From IMG/VR virus record IMGVR_UViG_3300049043_000112, positions 172,017-236,016 of that record: a stretch of 64,000 nt of DNA. One strand, written 5' to 3'. Shown here piece by piece: positions 55,640 to 64,000 of this stretch. The notes beneath the pieces are model-generated. The model saw nothing but the letters and a program-made list of their open reading frames with translations, did no database searches and had not been told where the DNA came from. The stretch's first letter is position 1, and each line of letters starts with the position of its first letter. The position numbers and the translations under genes were made by a program.

Positions 55640-57256
55640 TTAGAATCTAAATTTTACTTTACCCGCAATAGAATTGTTGGTAACGCCACTATTTACACCG
55701 TGGGATGCTTCTACGATTAACATTTCTTTATAATCTAACGAACCCCCCACAGAATAAGAACCGTCAGTCCCATAAGAACCATCAACACTGATACCAAAGA
55801 TATCATGTTTCTTGCCTCCAAATCTAGTTTCTAACTTAAGTCCTGCTTCACCAACATGAGATGTTTTACTATATGCATCAACTGTTCTTATTGATTCCGA
55901 TGAACCGGTTTCGGTATATGCGTTTCTAGTTACGTTAGAAACAGTATAACCTAAAAATGGTTTAAACCATCCAGAGTTGTTGGCATATAATCTGTTGGAA
56001 ATCCACCACTGTTGCCCCTCAGTTTTACCCCAATTACCAAACTGATACTCAAGTGTTCTAGCATAATCATAATTATCTTGCGATGCACCAGCATTAGTTA
56101 CAAGTGCTAAATCTCTGCCATGGAAACTATTGAATACACCAACATGCTGTCTCTTTAGATGTGAAATACTATCTACACCTTTCATTTCAGTATAAAGATC
56201 ATTATAATGTGCTCCAGCGGTCCATCCTTTTGTCAAATCATATTCAAATCCACCGCCAAGTATTGTTGTAGAAGATTCATATCCATCAGCATTATAAGAA
56301 TGAGCAAATCTGGTATTTTCAAATACTCTAAATCTTTTCTTGTGATTAGTGATTGGTTCGTGATTAAGAAGACCATTAATACCATCACTAATACTATCAA
56401 AAACTTCTAGTTGGTCAATACGACCAGAATAATTTGCATATTCGTGTGAGACTGCATCTTGATTTGCAGAACTTGTAGTAATGACTGGTGTTCCGTTAGT
56501 TACAACAGTTGAGTTATCACTATAAGTATCAGTTGTGACTGGTGTAGTTGTGGTGGTTGTTACGGTTGTGGCAGTAACAGTTGTGGCAGAATCAAAGTTC
56601 AGAGTCTGCTTTCCACCACTCTCAGAAGTTGTATGAGTAACAACAGTATTTGAGGTGTAAGTAGGATTTGCGACACTTACACTTACATTGTTTACAGTGC
56701 TTGAACTTACCAGAGTTGGTGGTGGTGGAGTTCCGCCAGTTTCGTAAATATCAAGAATACCATTCTGGTTAGCATCACCAGAGAGTGCTGCAGCAGAAAG
56801 ACTCACTGTGCTGGAAAGGATAACACTATCCATAGGCATCCAGTTTACAGTTGGAGAACCAGCAGCATTATAGGTAAACTGATAATCACCAGCGGCAAGT
56901 CCAGTAAAGGTTACACCCTGCCAAGTGGATGATACCTGACTATTACTTCCATAAGGAACTAGTGTTGAACCATTAGAAGTAAAATAGTTTGTTCCATCAA
57001 TCAATCCATCAGGTTTAGTTGCTGAAAGTAAAGTCCAGTTGACAGTTGTTGCTGAAAAGTTAGTTCCGTTGATACCTTGTAGAGTTAAAGTACCTTCATT
57101 AAACGTAGTTCCAGGGTGCCAGTTACCATACCAGAATGTAACTGATCCACCCCCGCCACCAACATATCCAATAGAGTTGGTGTGAGATAATGCTGCTGTT
57201 GGCACTCCAAGAAGAAGCGCAGACGCTGCAGCCAGCGCCTTTTGCGTGTTAGACAT
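55640..57256 (-). CDS. Autotransporter-like protein (signal peptide, passenger, Thr-rich linker, C-terminal beta-barrel)
   Basis: MSNTQKALAAASALLLG...; GGGFEYDL, KPFLGY, YTETG and C-terminal KVKFRF. Confidence 0.7.
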   Translation of the reverse strand: MSNTQKALAAASALLLGVPTAALSHTNSIGYVGGGGGSVTFWYGNWHPGTTFNEGTLTLQGINGTNFSATTVNWTLLSATKPDGLIDGTNYFTSNGSTLVPYGSNSQVSSTWQGVTFTGLAAGDYQFTYNAAGSPTVNWMPMDSVILSSTVSLSAAALSGDANQNGILDIYETGGTPPPPTLVSSSTVNNVSVSVANPTYTSNTVVTHTTSESGGKQTLNFDSATTVTATTVTTTTTTPVTTDTYSDNSTVVTNGTPVITTSSANQDAVSHEYANYSGRIDQLEVFDSISDGINGLLNHEPITNHKKRFRVFENTRFAHSYNADGYESSTTILGGGFEYDLTKGWTAGAHYNDLYTEMKGVDSISHLKRQHVGVFNSFHGRDLALVTNAGASQDNYDYARTLEYQFGNWGKTEGQQWWISNRLYANNSGWFKPFLGYTVSNVTRNAYTETGSSESIRTVDAYSKTSHVGEAGLKLETRFGGKKHDIFGISVDGSYGTDGSYSVGGSLDYKEMLIVEASHGVNSGVTNNSIAGKVKFRF

Positions 57257-57355
57257 AAAAATAAGGTGAGTTGGTGGTGTAAGATTCTCTAGAACCTACA
57301 AAACCAACTCACCTTATAGTGAAGTTGCGTCAACTCAATGGTTGAAACTATTTAG

Positions 57356-58023
57356 TTATCCTTTCTTCCACGCTTCGCCTTCTGCCTTACGGCGTCTAGC
57401 GAGTCCTGCTTCTACATTTGAACCAGGATTACGATAAAGGAATAAAGCATCGGGCACCAAGTCCCACTCCTTATTCTTTAGGCGTTTAGTAATAGTATTA
57501 AAGTTATCACCACCGTAAAAACCGGCACCAAGATTATAAGCAAAGCTGAGCAGAGCTCCTCTTTTTCCATCTGACATTTCACTCCAATGTGGGATTTTGC
57601 GTAGTGCTGGAAGGAACATATGTTTGCACTCTTCAATCAGAAGTTCATCTGCTTCTGCTTGAGTGATCTTATCACCCATCTTAAATGGTGATCCATCTTT
57701 CTTACGGGTGCATCCCCAACCGATTGTGATTGGAAGATTGCCAGAAAGAGGGTCAGGATAAGCATTCAATCTGCATCCTTCAAACTCTTTAATTAACTTG
57801 ATGCCCATCATTGGAACATCATCACCACTTGTTACAGGAGCTGCAGCAGCGGCAGGGCTGGTGCAGCACTAGTCTTTTTTCCTCTGAAAATCTCCGCCCA
57901 ATCAACATTATCTTCTAGATACTTGACTGGTAAATTATCTTCTAACCACTGAACTGCCTTAACGTGATTGGGATTTCTTTCATCATAAAACTGAAAGAAA
58001 TTATGAAGGTCGATTTTTGCCAT
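57356..58023 (-). CDS. GH24 lysozyme/endolysin with N-terminal accessory domain (frameshift at about 57856)
   Basis: IKEFEGC....YPD.....TIGWG catalytic triad; ORF 57832..58023 joins by restoring one C. Confidence 0.85.
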
Positions 58024-58150
58024 TGTTGTCTCCGAAATAAACTTGATAAAGTTGTTGTGCTTCTACATGCTTACCATGATTTGTCAAATCTTTAATTCTT
58101 TGTAAGATTTTTCTCTTAAAATTAATCGAAGATTCTTCCCCATCCATCAT
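58001..58150 (-). CDS. Hypothetical protein
   Basis: About 49 aa, MMDGEESSINFKRKIL... Confidence 0.5.
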   Translation of the reverse strand: MMDGEESSINFKRKILQRIKDLTNHGKHVEAQQLYQVYFGDNNGKNRPS

Positions 58151-58793
58151 TTCCTCCTGGACACCAGCGGTGCTTAAGCATTGCTTTGGTATAAATGGTC
58201 TTATTACCATTTGTTACTGGTCCAGTGTAGTTATCATTACATGAGCCATATGGATCATTGCAATAATATCCCTTACCATCTGGAGTCTTACCAATCACTA
58301 CAACCATGTGCCCACCAGTAGGAGCAGATAAAGGGCCACGGTGCAGGATACCAATAACGACAGGCTTCCCAGCATCAAGACTTTTATCAACATCAGCAAA
58401 AGAAAGATTGTAACTAAAGTGTGACTTAACTCCATAACCTGCCAGAACTTTTGTCTGAACTGCGTGGTCGGTTGTGTCGCCAATTGCAAATACTTTCTTA
58501 ACATACTCATCATCACCTTTAATACTTCCTGGCTTGAGGAAAGCAAGACACATAGCACACGATGAAGAGTTACAAGTTCTATGTGCATCTCTGTAGTTAT
58601 CTACTTGGTTAAAGTATGGAACTGCAAGAACTTCTGGAGTTGGTGGTTTTGTTCTAAAGATACCAATCCAGTCGGTCTCTGCGTCATCTAGAAAATTAGC
58701 AGGAAGGTTGTCTTCTAACCATTGAACTGCTGCTACGTGATTTGAATTCTTTTCGTCGTAAAACTTGAAAAAGTTGTGTAGATCAAGTGTCAT
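58122..58793 (-). CDS. Peptidase C39-like cysteine peptidase with the same N-terminal domain as the lysozyme
   Basis: VPYFNQ, TCNSSSCAM, GGHMVVVIG and NDPYG. Confidence 0.85.
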   Translation of the reverse strand: MTLDLHNFFKFYDEKNSNHVAAVQWLEDNLPANFLDDAETDWIGIFRTKPPTPEVLAVPYFNQVDNYRDAHRTCNSSSCAMCLAFLKPGSIKGDDEYVKKVFAIGDTTDHAVQTKVLAGYGVKSHFSYNLSFADVDKSLDAGKPVVIGILHRGPLSAPTGGHMVVVIGKTPDGKGYYCNDPYGSCNDNYTGPVTNGNKTIYTKAMLKHRWCPGGNDGWGRIFD

Positions 58794-58974
58794 CTTCTTC
58801 TCCTATGAACTCTAATGAAAATACATCATGCTCTAGAATATCTGGATTCAACCATTCACCAAATTCGGATTGAATCGCATGGGCATTTTCAATACATTCT
58901 TTCTCACATAGGATATGAATACGATCAACTGCCCAGTCATGTGAGTGTTTTAAGGTCTTTTCCAAAGTTTCCAT
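58783..58974 (-). CDS. Hypothetical protein
   Basis: 63-aa ORF. Confidence 0.55.
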   Translation of the reverse strand: METLEKTLKHSHDWAVDRIHILCEKECIENAHAIQSEFGEWLNPDILEHDVFSLEFIGEEDDT

Positions 58975-59386
58975 AATCTTTTCGCATATAACGTCCTAAG
59001 ATATTACTATTGTAATATGCTGGACTTCCATCGTCAAGTGACTCTATCAACACATTATTTAGAAAAAGTTGTTTCGTTTCTTCATAATTACACTCACCTT
59101 TGGTCTTATGAAGACTTAAAATTACTCTACTAAATCTTTCCTTCCCCCAAAGGTTAACGTCCCGTTTAAGTTCTGGGCATGATCCGTAGTACTTTTTCCA
59201 GTCAGATTCCATCTTAGTTCGTCTACTCTTTCCTCCTTGCTTGCGGAAAGACCAGAAATATTTTCTACCAATATAACTGCGATTAGTTTCGTTGCAGTGA
59301 ATATGATAAACAAAACCAAAATAATCTTGAATATCAGAAGACTTAAAAATTTCCCCATTGAATCTCCAAGGGTTTTCATAACTCAT
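58937..59386 (-). CDS. GIY-YIG (Seg-like) endonuclease
   Basis: GFVY.......R.YIGRK...Y.GS...E....YN. Confidence 0.85.
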   Translation of the reverse strand: MSYENPWRFNGEIFKSSDIQDYFGFVYHIHCNETNRSYIGRKYFWSFRKQGGKSRRTKMESDWKKYYGSCPELKRDVNLWGKERFSRVILSLHKTKGECNYEETKQLFLNNVLIESLDDGSPAYYNSNILGRYMRKDYGNFGKDLKTLT

Positions 59387-59434
59387 ACTAAGAATCTTTA
59401 TGAGCTATTATTTATCTTCAACCCTAGCAAAGCG

Positions 59435-59468
59435 ATTCTAGCAATAAAAAGGGGGTTTGTCAACCCCC
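59435..59468 (-). promoter_or_regulatory. Terminator hairpin overlapping a sigma70-type promoter
   Basis: GGGGG-TTGACAAA-CCCCC-TTTTT; TTGACA-17-TAGAAT. Confidence 0.7.
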
Positions 59469-59489
59469 GAGTGTTATGTTAAACTGTTA

Positions 59490-61252
59490 TCAACCAGAAT
59501 AATCTCCTTTATTCATTCTCCCCTGTCTTTCAACTTGTCCAACGCTTATTCCAGTTTTTAATTTTGCCTTTCCACCACCAGCACCAAAATCAGTTAGTTT
59601 TCCACTATCATCTTTTGAAGGAGGAACAGCAGGTGGTCTATTAGGTCCTGTTTGTCTTGTTGGAACGTTTACTCTACCTGTAGGAAGATTTCCACTGAAC
59701 ACTGCACGTGCGGCGCCAGCAAGAGGTCCTACTGTGCGACCGTCGCCAACAGCAGTGCGTCCAGATTCACCCTCAACAATACTTTGTACACATTCAACAT
59801 TCATCTCCATCATTACATAAAGAGCCTCTTCTAAGGTATCTACGTGCCCCTAGAGAGGAGATACTCAAGAACGATATCATATGCCTCTTTTCTTGTACCT
59901 AAAATGTTTCTAGTTCTTTGTGACATTTGAGCGGTTGCAGCGGGAGAATAATCACCACCAGGAAGTTTTGAAATTGCTTGAGGACCAGTTCCTGGTGACA
60001 TATCTGTTTTTAATTTTTGCCCCAACTGTCTCAATTCGTCAGATTGTTTCGCCATAGTGCTCTGACCAGTGCCTTTCTGTGTACCTGCCGAAGTTACTCT
60101 AGCAGCAAGTTGTGGGTTTGCTTTTGCCCACGTTGCCATATCTGCTGCCTTATTACCAGTTTGTGCTGCTGGTACTGGGCGTGCAGGTGCTGGTTTTGTA
60201 GTAGCAGGTGGTCTTGTATCAGGAGTTCTTGTTGGAGGAGTAGGAGGTCTATAAAATTCAGGATCTTTACCAGGTGGAGTTGTTGCAATTTGTCTGTTCA
60301 TAGCAGCAACGTCTTTGTTTAACTGAATATCAGTCTTAATTTGTTCAGCACCTCTTGTTGTTTTGTATCTCTGTACCTCTGCTTGAGTCCAAGCTCTTGG
60401 TTTAAATCCTTTACCAACACCTGTTCCAGTTCTACCACCAGATACAGTTAATGCAGGTTGTGCTTTTTCATAAAGTTTTGATGTTGTCGATGCATCTGGG
60501 GTTGCTGGTGAAGGTGTTTGTTTATCTTTAACTTGCTGAGTTAGTTTTTTTGCGAGTGCTTGAGACTTCTCCCATTTTGCCGTTCTTGCCTGAAGTGCTT
60601 GAGCAGTTTCTCCTGTTTGTGCAGTTGGTTTTGGCATTTTGGAAACAAAACCTGCTTGACCACCTTGTACAACTTGAAGATCTTTTCTTTCTTGTGTTGG
60701 ATTATATGGTTTTGGTGTAGATGGTGCATTTGTAGCAGTTGCTGGTTTTTGTTGAGAAGAATTATTGCCATATGCAGTTTGAATTGCTTTTTGTCCTTGT
60801 TGAGCAATCCAAGAAGTACCTTGACGAACTTTTGACTTTTCTCCAGCAAGACCTGCCTCTAATCCAGCAAGAGTTGCTACAGTAGCTCCAGCTTTTGTCC
60901 TTAAAGGTGCTAATGCACCCTTAACAATTGTCTTTGCTCCCGTAACTGGAATTTCACCAACTGCTTTAAGACCTTTTTTACCAAGTTCAAGTGCTTTTCC
61001 ACCATATTTTGTTGCAGTCTTAAGTGCATATTGTCCTAATTTTTCTTTCCAACCTTCATTTACATAATACTCATAAAGATCTTCATAAGTACATTCGCTT
61101 AAGTCATAACCTTCATCAATTAAAAAATTGATGAAGTTATTAAACTCATTTATTTCTTTTTCTTCTTCCAGTTTAGTTCTAATGTCAGTATCATAAACAG
61201 CATTATATGCTTCGATTAAAGATTTACACATACTTCCTGTAAGTTTTTCCAT
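59490..61252 (-). CDS. Low-complexity Ala/Lys/Pro/Thr-rich protein (about 587 aa), putative head/internal protein; frameshift at about 59851
   Basis: ORFs join as ...EYLLS-GHVDTLEEALYVMMEM...; N-terminal EAYNAVY. Confidence 0.7.
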
Positions 61253-61295
61253 TTTAATTTTTTTTATTTTAGATACTAAACTAATCTTATATTAT

Positions 61296-62450
61296 TTATC
61301 TGCCTGGAAGTTTTTGTGCGGTCGCTTGTTTTGAAGTAATTCCAAGTTGTTTTTGATATGTTTGAGTATTCTTAAGGGCAGTTCTATATTCTTGTTTTGC
61401 TGCTTGTTGCTTAGACCCCTTAGAATATCTACCAATATTAAGTGCTCTTCCAAGTCTTGCTGCAAGACTTGTATCTCTTGATGCTACTGAAGGTCTTGCA
61501 AGATAAACTGCTTTACCACCCTTATAAGCAAGATCTCCAACTCTTTGTTGACCAGATTTAGGGTCACGAACCAATTGAGTTGAGGCAAGATTTGCAGTTC
61601 TTCCTTGCGAAGTTACAGTTGCTGCTTTTTGATTAAAAGATGTTCTAGGTCCAATACCAGTAATTGCAGATCCCTGTCTAGCACCATAGGTTCCAGATTG
61701 TGCTGCAACTTGTCTTCCACCTCTTGTATCAACGGTCTGTTGCGCTCTTCTAATTCCAGATAATCCAGAACCAGGTTTAATTAATACATTTTTCTGTTGA
61801 AACTTATCAAATCCAGTCGCTTTAGAAACTGCCTGTCTTGCTGGACGACTTTTATCCGCTGCATAATCGTATACTTGCTGCGCTTTCTGCGCTCCTAACA
61901 TACCTCCTCCAAGTGCAGCAACTCCTTTAACAATAGGTGGTCCAGGAACCATAGCACCAAATTTTGCTCCAGCAGCAAATCCGGCAAGAGAACTTGCAGC
62001 ACCACCTGCTGCCCTTGGTCTAGATTGACCCGCTGCTCTTCTTTCTTTATAATCCATAGCAGCACTAGCAACATTTGCTGCTGGACCCAAAACTCTCCCC
62101 AAACCACTACGAAGACCAGAACCTTTTGGTGCAGGTGGTTTTACTGATGTTGAAGGAACATTTCTTGACGGTGTACTTGGGGGTGGTGGAGTAGAAGCAG
62201 AAGGTGGTTTCGGTGCTGCTGGCGATGTTTGTCCAGGTGGAGTTTGAGTTCTTACTGAAGATTGTTTAGGTTTAGGTGCTTGTGCAGATGTTTTTGCACT
62301 TTCAACGTCTTTTGTAAATTGTGCCCATTCTGGAGGTTTTCCAGTTTTCATATAAGTTTTCATAAACTCTTTAGAGGCTTGGGCTGTTTTTAAGCTGCCT
62401 CCTCTCTCATAAAATTTTCCACCTTTAGAAAATTCTTTCAGGATTGGCAT
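61296..62450 (-). CDS. Basic Ala/Gly/Pro-rich hypothetical protein
   Basis: 384-aa ORF with a GAKFGAM..G...GG..GA glycine-zipper-like segment. Confidence 0.7.
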   Translation of the reverse strand: MPILKEFSKGGKFYERGGSLKTAQASKEFMKTYMKTGKPPEWAQFTKDVESAKTSAQAPKPKQSSVRTQTPPGQTSPAAPKPPSASTPPPPSTPSRNVPSTSVKPPAPKGSGLRSGLGRVLGPAANVASAAMDYKERRAAGQSRPRAAGGAASSLAGFAAGAKFGAMVPGPPIVKGVAALGGGMLGAQKAQQVYDYAADKSRPARQAVSKATGFDKFQQKNVLIKPGSGLSGIRRAQQTVDTRGGRQVAAQSGTYGARQGSAITGIGPRTSFNQKAATVTSQGRTANLASTQLVRDPKSGQQRVGDLAYKGGKAVYLARPSVASRDTSLAARLGRALNIGRYSKGSKQQAAKQEYRTALKNTQTYQKQLGITSKQATAQKLPGR

Positions 62451-62550
62451 TCATCCAATCTTGCCACGCTTTTTGTGCTTTTACTGCGTCTTCATTAAGA
62501 AATTCTCTAAAGGTTTTCATTATCTACAAATTCTTTTTAGATATTTATGA

Positions 62551-63056
62551 TTACAAAGGCATTCTTGATCCAGGCTTCCCTTTTTGTTTCCGGCAGGTTG
62601 ACTACGGGCAGGAGGAAGTGGAGTAGTTCTCTTCATGCCATATTTAAGTTCATCTGCTCTTCTTTGTTCTGGTGTAACAAGAGTATTAGATTGTTCAATA
62701 ATACTTTTCTTCCAATCTTCACTCATATTTGCCATAATGACAAGAGCTGCTTCTTCGGTGTCAGCATAACCCTCACCAATAAGATGACCTTTTACAAGAT
62801 CAAATAAATCTACACTTTGATTTTGTTGAATTCTCTTTTCCTGTTCTGCCTTGGTTACAGTTCCACGACCCTTACCAACAGGAGCAATAACACTACCAAT
62901 TGCTTTGATAACTGGATTTTTGGCGGCAGCATCAAGTGCTTGACCTACTTTTTGCTGAAGATCTTCTGAAATAACTTCTTCTTCTTGTTGAGGAGCATAA
63001 ACAGCATTATATGCTTCCATCAAATTCGCAGCATCAGTGCCTGTAAGTCTAAACAT
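62551..63056 (-). CDS. EAYNAVY-family hypothetical protein (probable frameshift at about 62579)
   Basis: Restoring one G gives ...GNKKGKPGSRMPL-stop just before a late-promoter-like CATAAATA. Confidence 0.65.
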
Positions 63057-63090
63057 TTTTTACTTTTCGTTTCTTTATAATTTTATTTAT

Positions 63091-63112
63091 AAAAAAAGGG
63101 TCCGAAGACCCT
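63091..63112 (-). terminator. Intrinsic terminator after the nrdB region
   Basis: AGGGTC-TTCG-GACCCTTTTTTT, directly followed by TATAAATA. Confidence 0.85.
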
Positions 63113-63273
63113 CACTTTACATCGTCATTACATTTACCTAACCACTCTTTTGAATAGTCATAGTCTCCAAAGAGAAACTCATCACACTCTGCAGCATCTT
63201 GATATGCGTTCAGGATTTCCTGTTCGCACCATTCATCATAGTTGGAATCCTGAGAAAGTATCTTTGGTAACAT
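63112..63273 (-). CDS. Small acidic protein overlapping the nrdB 3' end
   Basis: MLPKILSQDSNYDEWCEQEIL... Confidence 0.5.
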   Translation of the reverse strand: MLPKILSQDSNYDEWCEQEILNAYQDAAECDEFLFGDYDYSKEWLGKCNDDVK

Positions 63274-64000
63274 CTTGTTTGATTCCTCCAACAATGTACG
63301 ATTCTACTTCGGTTTCTTGTGGGGCAACTTGAAGACCCTTAGAACTAATCCAATGCTCAGTCCAAGGAAGTGGATTATTCTTTGCAGAAATATCATAAAG
63401 TGGTTTGAGACCAATCGCTTTCATTCTACGGTTTGCAATCCATTCGACATACTGCTGTAATAGTTTGTCATTCAGACCAATCATCGAACCATCCTTGAAC
63501 AAATACTCTGCCCAAAGTTTTTCCTGATTCACAGCGTTCTCAAAGGTCTTGTAGAACCATTGTTCTTCTTCTTTAGAGATACGTGCCATATCAGGATCAT
63601 CACCTTCTTTCCATTTGTTCAAGATATTTTGAGTAATTACAAGATGCTGATTCTCATCACGAGCAATTAGAGAGATGATTTTTGCACTTCCTTCCATAAG
63701 TTTGAGCTCGCCAAATGCAAAACTACAAGCGAAGCTGACGTAAAAGCGAATACCTTCAAGAATATTAACGTTTGCAACTGCTCTGAATAGTTTTCTCTTA
63801 AGTTCATACCTTGCCTCTTGTGCGTATGGTACTTGTTCTAATGCATGAATCCATTCATTAGTTGAACCATAATGCTAAGCACTATTGATGAAGTCATTGT
63901 ATGCCTCAGTCACACTGACAGCACGTTCCATAATACGATCCTCTTTCAGAATCGTATCAAAAATCTCAGATGGGTCCGAATAAACATTTTTGATAATATA
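63236..64000 (-). CDS. nrdB: Ribonucleotide reductase class Ia beta subunit (5' part outside window; in-frame TAG at 63875..63877)
   Basis: LEGIRFYVSFAC, IARDENQH and QETEVESY; the frame is continuous apart from one TAG. Confidence 0.95.

Noticed and set aside
1-64000. Decaying prophage or host genomic island
   Set aside because: No integrase or host housekeeping genes; T4-type late promoters and the gene order indicate a lytic cyanomyovirus, and the lesions look like sequencing errors

Overview
This is a 64-kb segment of a large, AT-rich T4-like cyanomyovirus, most likely infecting freshwater Synechococcus or Cyanobium (inference from gene content, TATAAATA late promoters and sigma70-type early promoters). 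Almost all genes are on the minus strand. 1-17.2 kb: virion fibre/structural genes, including two paralogous giant 14-aa-repeat fibres, one of about 1,890 aa with a C-terminal S74 chaperone. 17.3-24.4 kb: photosynthesis island (petE, psbD, psbA, two hli, petF, peroxiredoxin) with free-standing homing endonucleases. 24.5-39.7 kb: about 20 glycosyltransferase, nucleotide-sugar and methyltransferase genes. 39.8-43.5 kb: wcaG-type RNA, a string of small ORFs including ndhP and an NdhQ-like peptide, and dps. 43.5-46.2 kb: pstS and an SLH-porin, each with Pho boxes. 40.7-48.8 kb: 18 tRNA genes interleaved with several structured ncRNA candidates. 49-59.4 kb: lytic enzymes, a plus-strand secreted-protein module, outer-membrane beta-barrels and nucleases. 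59.5-64 kb: low-complexity putative head proteins and the 3' part of nrdB. About 14 single-base indels and two in-frame TAG codons break conserved genes, which points to an unpolished consensus; several ORF-track calls are therefore fused or split. The best leads are a twice-occurring structured RNA with a variable hairpin plus other ncRNA-like units in the tRNA array, an adjacent NdhQ-like + NdhP pair, and a psbD recoded at both ends between two homing endonucleases. All calls come from manual reading and remembered family motifs; no database search was run.
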